Assembly (NCBI GenBank): GCA_038260025.1
Contig: JBBSOF010000012.1
Span: forward strand, 7,603 to 71,602
Source: Phycisphaerales bacterium
GTDB lineage: Bacteria > Planctomycetota > Phycisphaerae > Phycisphaerales > UBA1924
DNA length: 64,000 nt
Direction of reading: 5' to 3'
Every line of letters starts with the position of its first letter. Position 1 is the first letter of the stretch. Under the pieces are notes generated by a model. It was given only the letters and a program-made list of their open reading frames with translations, was not told where the DNA came from and searched no databases. A program made the translations under genes and the position numbers. Positions 44,571 through 52,623 of the stretch are shown here, piece by piece.

Positions 44571-45695
44571 CTACACCAGCATCCCCGCCACCCTCGCTGC
44601 CCCATCCGCCGGCCCCAGCTTTGCCAGCGCTGCCCGCATGGTGTCGCGCTGCACCGCATCGCGCAGCAGCGTCAGCACCAGCGGGCCCACCGTGCGGACG
44701 TTCGCCTCCACCCCAACACGATCGTCGGCCAGCACGGCCCCGCCAGTCTCCACCAGCGGCTGCGCGTTGAGCTTCTGGTGCTGGTCCTTGTGGTAGGGGT
44801 AGGGCAGGAACACCGTTGGTACCGCGTTCGCCCACGCCTCACCCACGCTGCCCGCGCCCGCGCGGCTGATGGCCAGGTCTGCCGCGCCCCAGCACACTCC
44901 CAGGTCCTTGCGGAACCCAAAGACCAGCGCCGGCACGCCCGCCTCCCGATACGCGGCTTCCACCGCGCCCACATCAGGCTTGCCCGTCTGGTGGATGACC
45001 TGCCAACCCTTCAGTTCCGGAGAGCGCGCCAGCGCCGTGCACAACTGCGTGATCGACTGCGCGCCCTGGCTTGCCCCGGTCACAAACAGCGTCGGCCGGT
45101 TGCGATCCAGCCCCAGCGTGCCGCGGCAGTCCTCCCGGCTACCCAGCGCCACTGCCGCGCGGCGCACGATTGGCGGGATCATTTCCCACCGATAGCCGCG
45201 GACCGGGGCTGTCGTCACGATCTGGTCCGCCCGCTTGGAGATCCAGCGGTTCGCGAGCCCCGGCGCGGCATCAAGGTTCAGCATCAGCACCGGCGTCTTC
45301 TCGGCCCGCGCCGCCTGCACCACCGGCGCGGCCACAAAGCCGCCGCCCGCGACCACGCAGACCGGTCCATCGGCTGCCGCACGCCGGATCGCCGCTCGTC
45401 CAGATCGCACCGCACCACCCCACGCGCTCAGAAACTTCACCGCGGCGAAAGGGCGCACGCCAAAGGGCCTCGCCCTGATGGGGTGGAAATCAACCGGTGC
45501 GCCCAGCAGCCGCTCCTCGGCCAGAATGCGCGCATCCAGCGGCCGGTCTGAACACAGAAACCGCACCTTGGTCTGGGGCGAGCGTTCCAGCACCTGTTCT
45601 GCAATGGCCAGCGCGGGGAACAGGTGCCCGCCGGTGCCGCCGCCGGCGAACAAAATGGTGGCTGGCTTCACGCTCGAAAGACGCCCGCCGCTCAT
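44571..45695 (-). CDS. murG: undecaprenyldiphospho-muramoylpentapeptide beta-N-acetylglucosaminyltransferase
   Basis: ILFAGGGTGGHLFPALAIAE at the N-terminus and the GT28 C-terminal pattern (ISRAGAGSVGE). 4-nt overlap with ftsW. Confidence 0.9.
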   Translation of the reverse strand: MSGGRLSSVKPATILFAGGGTGGHLFPALAIAEQVLERSPQTKVRFLCSDRPLDARILAEERLLGAPVDFHPIRARPFGVRPFAAVKFLSAWGGAVRSGRAAIRRAAADGPVCVVAGGGFVAAPVVQAARAEKTPVLMLNLDAAPGLANRWISKRADQIVTTAPVRGYRWEMIPPIVRRAAVALGSREDCRGTLGLDRNRPTLFVTGASQGAQSITQLCTALARSPELKGWQVIHQTGKPDVGAVEAAYREAGVPALVFGFRKDLGVCWGAADLAISRAGAGSVGEAWANAVPTVFLPYPYHKDQHQKLNAQPLVETGGAVLADDRVGVEANVRTVGPLVLTLLRDAVQRDTMRAALAKLGPADGAARVAGMLV

Positions 45696-46999
45696 GCCGT
45701 ACCGACCGGCTCAGGCGGATCAAGCTGCTCATCGGCGATCATCGCCGGCGCGGAAACGTAGTGCTTGACCTGCATGCCCGCGGGAAAGTCCATCAGCCGG
45801 TGCGTCGCGGTCCGCTCCTGCGTGCGGTCGACAGCGATCACAAGCCCAAGCGAGAAGGCCGTCAGTATCCACCCCGTGCCGCCGTACGACAGCAGGGGCA
45901 GCGCGATTCCTTTGGTTGGCGCCATGCCGGTCACAACGCACAGGTTGATGACCGCCTGAAGCCCGACCGTGGCGATGACGCCCAGCGTGAACAGCTTGAG
46001 CACCGGGTTCTGCTCCCGCCGCATGATTGAGAAACCCGTCCACACCAGCGTGGCGAACAGGGCCAGCACCAGCGCCGCCCCCGCGATGCCCAACTCTTCG
46101 CAGATAATCGCGAAGATGAAGTCCGTGCGGTCCTCGGGCAAGTAGCCGTACTTCTGAAGCCCGTGGCCTAAACCCCGACCGAAGCCGCCGCCGTTGGCGA
46201 TCGCCAGCAGCGACTGGATGGTGTGATAGCCGATGCCCTGCGGGTCGGCGTAGGGGTCCATGAAGGCCAGGATGCGCTTGACGCGGTACGGGCTGGTGAC
46301 AATCGCCCCGCCGATGCCCAGCAGAGCTACCGGCACGGCCATGGCGAAGTACCGCAGGCGCGCCCCCGATGCCAGCAGCAGCAGGCACGCGACCGCCCCG
46401 ATCAGCACGCCCGTGCCCAGGTCCTCCAGCACGATGAATCCGGCGACAAAGGCCAAGCACCCCAGGGCCGGGACCAGGCCCTTCCAGAACTGCTGGATCA
46501 CGCCCGCCCGCGAGGCCCCGTACACCGCCACCAGGATCACCATGCCCCACTTGGCGATCTCGCTCGGCTGCACCGACAGCGCCTCGCCCAGCCCTGGAAG
46601 GGGCAGTTCGATCCATCGGTGCGAGCCGTTCATGTGCCGCGACAGCCCCGGCAGGTACACCAGCCCGCACAGCAGCACCAGGCCCAGGCACCCTGCCAGC
46701 GTGAACATCAGCACTTTGCGGGGATCAGCCGCGCCCAGCGCGGCAAGCCGACGCACCGGCACGAACGCCGCGACCGCCATCGCCGTGAGCGCCAGCACCA
46801 TGTACACCGTGCTGCGTGAGAACATGATCTTCGCGGCAGAAAGCTCGGGAACGGCCTGCTCAGGCCCCGACACCGGCTGGATGTGCATGCCCGCGGAGTT
46901 CACCATCACCACACCGATGGTGAGCAGCCCGATGACACACAACGCGATGATCTGGCCGGAGCGCATAGCGACAGCCAGTATCGGCAAGGCCGCACCCAA
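45692..46999 (-). CDS. ftsW: SEDS-family peptidoglycan polymerase / lipid II flippase FtsW/RodA
   Basis: About 10 TM segments; SLQPSE-like LSVQPSEIAKW, TDFIFAIICEELG, GIALPLLSYGGT. Confidence 0.9.
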   Translation of the reverse strand: MGAALPILAVAMRSGQIIALCVIGLLTIGVVMVNSAGMHIQPVSGPEQAVPELSAAKIMFSRSTVYMVLALTAMAVAAFVPVRRLAALGAADPRKVLMFTLAGCLGLVLLCGLVYLPGLSRHMNGSHRWIELPLPGLGEALSVQPSEIAKWGMVILVAVYGASRAGVIQQFWKGLVPALGCLAFVAGFIVLEDLGTGVLIGAVACLLLLASGARLRYFAMAVPVALLGIGGAIVTSPYRVKRILAFMDPYADPQGIGYHTIQSLLAIANGGGFGRGLGHGLQKYGYLPEDRTDFIFAIICEELGIAGAALVLALFATLVWTGFSIMRREQNPVLKLFTLGVIATVGLQAVINLCVVTGMAPTKGIALPLLSYGGTGWILTAFSLGLVIAVDRTQERTATHRLMDFPAGMQVKHYVSAPAMIADEQLDPPEPVGTA

Positions 47000-47024
47000 T
47001 CGTGCAATCCTCGGCAGCGCCGGC

Positions 47025-47732
47025 TTAGTTCGTAAACGCCATCGACCCGGTGATCATGGTCACCCCAGCCGGGATGAAAGGAGCCGAACTGCGGGTGACG
47101 CAGAAACTGTCGCCGTCGCAGTGGCCCGTTCGCTCACTGACGCACGCCGCCCACACCTCGGCCTCTGCGGTGCTGGTAGGCAAAGACTCACTGGGCCCCT
47201 GCATGGCGATCACCAGCACCCGGTCGGGGTTGGCGTGGCAGGCGTTGGCCATGGCGGTGCGCAGCAGTTCCTGGCTGCCCACGTTCGCGAGGTCGCCCTT
47301 GAAGTTCCCTGGGTTCATCTGGATGCACGAGCAGCGGTCGTCCGCGTCCTGAAAAACCGCCATGACCACCGACTGAATTTCCGGCTCGATAGGGGCCTGG
47401 GTCACCAAGACTGGCTGCGGAGCCTTCCCCACCGCCACCGTCACAGGGGTTGACTCAACATCGGTGGGAGTTGGCAGCGTCAACACCGGCGCAGGATTGG
47501 TCCGCGAGATCTGCTGGGGGACGGTGGCAGGCTTCGCCCATAGGAACATCCCCAGGCCGACGCACGCGGCTGCCGCCAGCCCACCCATGCCCAGGGTCAT
47601 CCGACGGATCAGGGCGCTGCGGCCACTAGCCTGCACTGCCGCCCATTCGAAGCGCGACGCCGCTGGCGACTCGAGGCGGTCTACCTCGTCGGCCATCCGG
47701 ATCAGCGCTGCCAGGTCTTTGTCATTCAGCAT
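47025..47732 (-). CDS. putative anti-sigma factor (single-pass membrane protein, Cys-rich exodomain)
   Basis: Trimmed to MLNDKDLAALIRMADEV. One TM segment (LGMGGLAAAACVGLGMFLWA). Lies 27 nt downstream of an ECF sigma gene. No canonical zinc anti-sigma motif, so the call rests on position only. Confidence 0.4.
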   Translation of the reverse strand: MLNDKDLAALIRMADEVDRLESPAASRFEWAAVQASGRSALIRRMTLGMGGLAAAACVGLGMFLWAKPATVPQQISRTNPAPVLTLPTPTDVESTPVTVAVGKAPQPVLVTQAPIEPEIQSVVMAVFQDADDRCSCIQMNPGNFKGDLANVGSQELLRTAMANACHANPDRVLVIAMQGPSESLPTSTAEAEVWAACVSERTGHCDGDSFCVTRSSAPFIPAGVTMITGSMAFTN

Positions 47733-47758
47733 AGAGCACACTCCACCCACGCTGACTT

Positions 47759-48442
47759 TTATTGCCCGGCCACGGAGTCCTGACCGGCGGAATCCGCGCG
47801 ATGGCCGAGGTTTTCCAGATAGCGGCGGATTTTGTCGTAGGCGGCTTTTTTCCGGGCATTGGCGGTGCTTGCCGCGACGCCCAAGCGCTGGGCCAGTTCT
47901 CGGTCGGTGGTCCCGCCGCTGGAGGATCTCAGAATCCACCGCTCCTCATCCGACAGCCCGCACGCGTGCTCGCCATCCTTCAGGCAATGGCGGACCGTGT
48001 CGATCATCTCCGCCAGTTTGGTCTGGGCTGCGGGGTCCTCAGAAATCCCGAGTTCGGCCATGCCGGGCGCGGCGGCCTCCAGATGGACGTTCGCCCGCCC
48101 CACGCTGCGCATGTGCTGGAGCCACACACGGTAACCCACGGCATACACAAAGGTTGAGATGGCCGCCCGGGAGGGGTCATACTTCCCGGCACGGAGCGCC
48201 TGCCATACCGCGACCCACGTTTTTTGGCCGAAATCATCGGCAAGTTCTGCGCGTCCGCCTGTTCGCTCCATGAAGAGCCGGAAGAGGCCGCCGCCCAGCC
48301 GCCGGTGCAGCGCTGCGAAGGCCTCGGAGTCACCACCCGCGGCCCTGGCGGTCAGGTGCTGGAGAGACTCATCCCGCCGCGGGAGGTTGGTCGCCTGGGG
48401 CTGGGGGACGTCGTCCGGCATTGGGATAGCAAATGAGGTCAT
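47759..48442 (-). CDS. ECF-type sigma-70 family RNA polymerase sigma factor
   Basis: Region 2 (FAALHRRLGGGLFRLF..ELADDFGQKTWVAVW) and region 4 HTH (LSDEERWILRSSSGGTTDRELAQRLGVAASTANARKKAAYDKIR). Confidence 0.8.
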   Translation of the reverse strand: MTSFAIPMPDDVPQPQATNLPRRDESLQHLTARAAGGDSEAFAALHRRLGGGLFRLFMERTGGRAELADDFGQKTWVAVWQALRAGKYDPSRAAISTFVYAVGYRVWLQHMRSVGRANVHLEAAAPGMAELGISEDPAAQTKLAEMIDTVRHCLKDGEHACGLSDEERWILRSSSGGTTDRELAQRLGVAASTANARKKAAYDKIRRYLENLGHRADSAGQDSVAGQ

Positions 48443-48528
48443 GCCGGGGGCACGGTGCCCGGGTGGTTGTTGGCCGCGGGCTGGCCTGCGCTCGATCTGG
48501 CCGCGGGATAACCCGGCATGATATTGGA

Positions 48529-49176
48529 TCAGGGGCGAGGGCCGCGAGGGCCTGGAGCAATGATGATCTTGTTGGCGTGCAGGGTTTGGCCGGTCACAGC
48601 GTCCTCAAACTGCACCCGCAGGAGGAGGCTGAGCGCGGCGGGCCGCGCGAGCACGGGGTCCAACGGCAGGTCGACCGAATAGTGCGTCCCCGTGAGTCCG
48701 GAGCGGTAGGAATCGCGGAGCTGCGCCGGGCTGAGGGTCCGCGATCCGATTTGGCGCGGCTCGCTGACCATCTCGAACTCCGACGACACCAGAAACGCCT
48801 CCACGGTGGCGACTCCCACGGCCTGCGTAAACCGGCCGCGGCCATCCAGGGTTGAGAAGTTCACGGCAACGCTGGATGCGGGCCTGACGGGGTCGGCTGG
48901 ATCAAAGCCGGAAAGGCTGCTGATGTCGACCCGCGTGATGGCAGGAATGGCAGCGAGCGCCTCGGGCGAAAGGGTGACGGGCCCGGGGGGCGGGGGGCTG
49001 GCCAGCCGCAACTTCAGCTCTTCTCGCTCATGTTCAAGGGCGCTGATGCGGTCCCTCTGCTCATATTCGAGCGCCCTCAGGCGGTCGTTCTCATCTGAGA
49101 TGCTGCGGTCACCCCCAACGCGGCAGGCGGCAAGCGGGAGAAGTATCAGGCCAATCAGCAGGCATCGCAGTTGCAT
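48529..49176 (-). CDS. lipoprotein with coiled-coil segment, unknown function
   Basis: MQLRCLLIGLILLPLAAC lipobox; heptad-like NDRLRALEYEQRDRISALEHEREELKLRL. Confidence 0.55.
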   Translation of the reverse strand: MQLRCLLIGLILLPLAACRVGGDRSISDENDRLRALEYEQRDRISALEHEREELKLRLASPPPPGPVTLSPEALAAIPAITRVDISSLSGFDPADPVRPASSVAVNFSTLDGRGRFTQAVGVATVEAFLVSSEFEMVSEPRQIGSRTLSPAQLRDSYRSGLTGTHYSVDLPLDPVLARPAALSLLLRVQFEDAVTGQTLHANKIIIAPGPRGPRP

Positions 49177-49184
49177 GAAGCAGA

Positions 49185-49222
49185 ATAGGTCGTATAGGTC
49201 CTTCTGGACCTATACGACCTAT
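49185..49222. repeat. perfect 17-4-17 AT-rich palindrome
   Basis: ATAGGTCGTATAGGTCC-ttct-GGACCTATACGACCTAT. Lies between the clpP1 stop (49256) and the lipoprotein start (49176). Confidence 0.7.
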
Positions 49223-49255
49223 GACATGATCCTGCGTTGAGAAGTCTGCCGAGGA

Positions 49256-49885
49256 TTACTCCTCGTCGTCTGCCTTGCGGGGCGCGGTCATCAGCGGCAT
49301 TTTTTCAAGCACGGCATCAACCAGACCGTACTCGAGCATCTCCTTGTCATCCAGCCACTTGTTGCGGTCGCAGTCGCGGGCGATGCGCTCGAAGGGTTGG
49401 CCGGTGGCGTCCGCGTAAATCTGGTACAGCCGCTCGCGGATGCGGAGCATCTCGCGGGCCTCGATCTCGATATCGCTGGCCTGGCCCTCCATCACGCCGC
49501 CCAGCAGGGGCTGGTGCATGAGGTTGCGGGCGTTGCGGAGCGTGAACCGCTTGCCCTTGGTGCCGGCGCACGCCAGCACGCTGCCCATGCTGGCGGCCTG
49601 CCCGATGATGTAGGTGCAGACATCGCACTGGATGAAGCGCATGGTGTCGAGCATGCCCAGCCCGGCCGAAACGCTGCCGCCGGGGCTGTTGATGTACAGA
49701 TGGATGTCCATCTTGGGATCCTCGTTGGCGAGGAAGAGCATCTGGGCGACGACGAGATTGGCGATCTCGTCGGTGACAGGGCCGCCGAGGAAGATGATGC
49801 GGTCCTTGAGCAGGCGGGAGTAGATGTCGTACGCGCGCTCGCCGCGCTGGGATTTTTCGATGACGATGGGGACGAGGTAAGACAT
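49256..49885 (-). CDS. clpP: ATP-dependent Clp protease proteolytic subunit (paralog 1)
   Basis: [35 protein letters not shown] (Ser), MHQP (His). Confidence 0.95.
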   Translation of the reverse strand: MSYLVPIVIEKSQRGERAYDIYSRLLKDRIIFLGGPVTDEIANLVVAQMLFLANEDPKMDIHLYINSPGGSVSAGLGMLDTMRFIQCDVCTYIIGQAASMGSVLACAGTKGKRFTLRNARNLMHQPLLGGVMEGQASDIEIEAREMLRIRERLYQIYADATGQPFERIARDCDRNKWLDDKEMLEYGLVDAVLEKMPLMTAPRKADDEE

Positions 49886-49904
49886 GGTTGTCCTTGGTTT
49901 GTTC

Positions 49905-50003
49905 GTGGCACCGGCCTTCCGGCCGGTGTCTTCGTTCTAAGCCCTTGAGTTTGTTGGCGGGATTGCACTGCCTCCGCAGACCACCGGCCGGAAGGCCGGT
50001 GCC
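49905..50003. repeat. two identical 22-24-nt hairpin elements in opposite orientation between clpP2 and clpP1
   Basis: ggcaccggccttccggccggtg (49907-49928) and its exact reverse complement caccggccggaaggccggtgcc (49982-50003). Each is an 8-bp stem with a 4-nt loop. Confidence 0.65.
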
Positions 50004-50005
50004 AC

Positions 50006-50608
50006 TTACCGCGAGAAGATCGGGTTTGCCGCGGCCTTGGGCGGTTCGGTCAGCACCTCGTCGGCGAGGCCATATTTCACGGCTTCCTCGGCGGTGAAGT
50101 ACTTGTCGCGCTCCGAATCGCGCTGGACGGTGTCGACCGACTGCCCGGTGTGCATCGCGATGATGCGGGTGAGCTCGGCCTTGGCTTTGATGATCTGCTC
50201 GGCCTGGATGCGGATGTCCTCGGCCTGCCCGGTGATGCCGCCGTAGGGCTGGTGGATCATCACCTTGGCGTGCGGCAGCATGTAGCGCTTGCCCTTGGCG
50301 CCCGCGGTCAGCAGCAGCGAGGCGCCCGAGTATGCCCGGCCCAGGCAGTAGGTGGAGACCGGGCTGGTGAGGAACCGCATGGTGTCGTACAGGGCGAGGG
50401 TGTCGTCAACCGAGCCCCCCGGCGAGTTAATGTAGAAGTTGATCTCCTGGCCCCGCTTCTGGTTCTCCAGGTAGAGCATCTGCATCATGACGCGGGCGGC
50501 GGAACCCTGGTTGATCTCTCCGATCAGGAAGACGATGCGGTTTTCCAGCAACAACTCATCGATGGTCATCTCGCGGGTGCGCTGGTAGCTGACGTTCGCG
50601 GCGGGCAT
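50006..50608 (-). CDS. clpP: ATP-dependent Clp protease proteolytic subunit (paralog 2)
   Basis: [30 protein letters not shown] (Ser retained), MIHQPYGG (His). Start trimmed to MPAANVS with an AGGAA SD. Confidence 0.9.
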   Translation of the reverse strand: MPAANVSYQRTREMTIDELLLENRIVFLIGEINQGSAARVMMQMLYLENQKRGQEINFYINSPGGSVDDTLALYDTMRFLTSPVSTYCLGRAYSGASLLLTAGAKGKRYMLPHAKVMIHQPYGGITGQAEDIRIQAEQIIKAKAELTRIIAMHTGQSVDTVQRDSERDKYFTAEEAVKYGLADEVLTEPPKAAANPIFSR

Positions 50609-50911
50609 AGGCGGTTCCTGTTCACAGAAGTCTAAAGACAGAGGCCCCACGGCCGTTGTTCTCGGTCCATCCCCCGGGCGATGGTATTCCCCGGCGTTGG
50701 GCTTGCTGCCAACATCGACCGATCAGGCGGGTGCGCTGAGGTGGAAGCGACGGAAGATGGGCAAAGGGCATGCCGAAGTCATCGCGCGTTATCTCCACCC
50801 CGCCCCATCCGGCGACTGCCTATTTGGCGGTCAGCCGTCAGAACGCCACGCCCCGCGTGTCCGGTGAACCGCGAGGAGCGGCAAGCCGTCTGCGGCTAGA
50901 CTTTTGTCGCA

Positions 50912-51199
50912 ATGGAAACGCCCTACGACCCATCCAGCACGGTGACCCCCGAAGACCTTGCCGGAGACCGCGTGCTCCCCGGTTCGGAGTTGTTCGGACT
51001 GGTCTGGATAAACCCGGAGCGGATGAGCGGGACACCCTGCTTTTTCGGCACGCGTGTCCCCGTCAAGACCCTCTTTGACTACATCCGGGGCGGGCATCCG
51101 CTGGAAGACTTCTTCCTCGACTTCCCCGGCGTGTCTCGTACCCAGGTCGAGGGCGTGCTGCGTCTGGCTTCGGATTCGTTGCTTGGGAACGCCGCGTGA
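50912..51199 (+). CDS. DUF433 domain putative antitoxin, pair 2
   Basis: INPERMSGTPCFFGTRVPVKTLFDYIRGGHPLEDFFLDFPGVSRTQVEGVL, with a ~30-aa N-terminal extension. Confidence 0.8.
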   Translation: METPYDPSSTVTPEDLAGDRVLPGSELFGLVWINPERMSGTPCFFGTRVPVKTLFDYIRGGHPLEDFFLDFPGVSRTQVEGVLRLASDSLLGNAA

Positions 51200-51525
51200 A
51201 GCTTCTCCTGGATCACTGCGTTCCGCAGCGGTTCGCGCTCCTTCTGTCCGGGCACGAGGTGTCACTCGCTTCGCAGCAGAACTGGGAAGCACTGCGAAAT
51301 GGCAGGCTGCTCGCGGTGGCCGCATCGGCAGGATTTGAAGCGATGGTGACCGTTGATCGCAATATTCAGTACCAGCCGAACCTGGCGAAACTGCCTTTGG
51401 CCGTCGTGGTGCTGCGGGCTGTGTCAAACGACCTCGATAACCTCGCACCGCTCGTTCCTGCTCTCCTCAAGGCCCTTCTCAGCCTCTCTCCGCGTACGTA
51501 CATAGAGGTCGGAGCCGAGGCCTGA
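51196..51525 (+). CDS. DUF5615-like (PIN-like) putative toxin, pair 2
   Basis: MKLLLDHCVPQRF..; similar in length and pattern to 43819..44157. 4-nt overlap with the DUF433 gene. Confidence 0.7.
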   Translation: MKLLLDHCVPQRFALLLSGHEVSLASQQNWEALRNGRLLAVAASAGFEAMVTVDRNIQYQPNLAKLPLAVVVLRAVSNDLDNLAPLVPALLKALLSLSPRTYIEVGAEA

Positions 51526-51630
51526 TTACACGCCTTCTCACGGGCACGGCGCGACGTTCGGGGTGATCCCGTTACGTCGCTATTGTGCTAGCATCCCTAC
51601 CCCCGGTTGTTTCCGGGGACCACACTACCC

Positions 51631-52443
51631 ATGCCCACCGCCATCATTTCTGACGTCCACGCCAACGCCGCCGCCCTCAAGGTGGTGCTTGCCGATATCG
51701 CCGCCCGGGGCATCACGCGGATCGTCTGCCTGGGCGACACCGTGGGGTATGGCCCCGACCCGCTGGAATGCGTCGACCTGGTCCGCCAGCATTGCGCCTG
51801 GACCCTCATGGGCAACCATGACTACGGCGTGCTCTACGAGCCCACCAACTTCAATGCCGCGGCAGAGTCCGCGGCGTTCTGGACCCGTGCCCAGTTTGAT
51901 CAGGAACCCGACGACCGCCTGCGGGCCGAGCGTTACGACTTCCTCAACCGCCTGAAGGTGCGCGTGGTCGAACGGATCGGGCCAGACGGAGCCGAGCCGA
52001 TCACTGCCGCGGCATCGCAGCCCGGCCACCCCCTGCTGGCCGTTCACGGCTCGCCGCGCCGGCCCATCAATGAATACGTGTTCCCTGATGATGCCATCAA
52101 CGCGACCGACAAGCTTGAGAGCATCTTCGATCGGGTGCAGAAGGTCTGTATTGTCGGCCACACCCACGTCCCTGGCGTTTTCACCAACGAGCCCGACTTC
52201 TACCCCCCAGCCGAGCTGGGCGAGGGTGGCTTCAAGTTCCAGCCAGACGAAAAAGCGTTGATCAACGTCGGCTCGGTCGGCCAGCCCCGCGATGGCGACC
52301 CCCGCGCCAGTTACGTGGTGCTCCACCCCACGCACGCCCAGTTTGTGCGCCTCGAGTACGACATCGCGGCAACGGCCGAACGGATCAAGGCCATCCCCGA
52401 ACTGGGGCCCTGGCTGGGCGATCGACTCTACAAAGGCCAGTAG
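51631..52443 (+). CDS. metallophosphoesterase family protein
   Basis: AIISDVHAN, CLGDTVGYGPDP, GNHD, VHGSP, GHTHVP: the calcineurin-like phosphoesterase motif series. Start trimmed to MPTAII. Confidence 0.8.
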   Translation: MPTAIISDVHANAAALKVVLADIAARGITRIVCLGDTVGYGPDPLECVDLVRQHCAWTLMGNHDYGVLYEPTNFNAAAESAAFWTRAQFDQEPDDRLRAERYDFLNRLKVRVVERIGPDGAEPITAAASQPGHPLLAVHGSPRRPINEYVFPDDAINATDKLESIFDRVQKVCIVGHTHVPGVFTNEPDFYPPAELGEGGFKFQPDEKALINVGSVGQPRDGDPRASYVVLHPTHAQFVRLEYDIAATAERIKAIPELGPWLGDRLYKGQ

Positions 52444-52623
52444 CAAGCGTCGAACAGGCTGCCGCCCTCCTGCCGTGCGGCTGCCCTAACGAAAAACCGG
52501 TCAGCACGAAACCCGAACCATACTCGGCACGGGCTGAACCTACCCTACCGGCTCGTGTCGCTGTCCCCATGCCACGGGGCGTTCGCTCCGTGTTTCGCCC
52601 TTGATTGATCCGGTTCAACCACC

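Noticed and set aside
50785-50800. DnaA-box-like TTATCTCCAC, considered because rnpA, yidC and mnmE often flank oriC
   Set aside because: It is a single imperfect match with no cluster of boxes and no adjacent AT-rich unwinding element.
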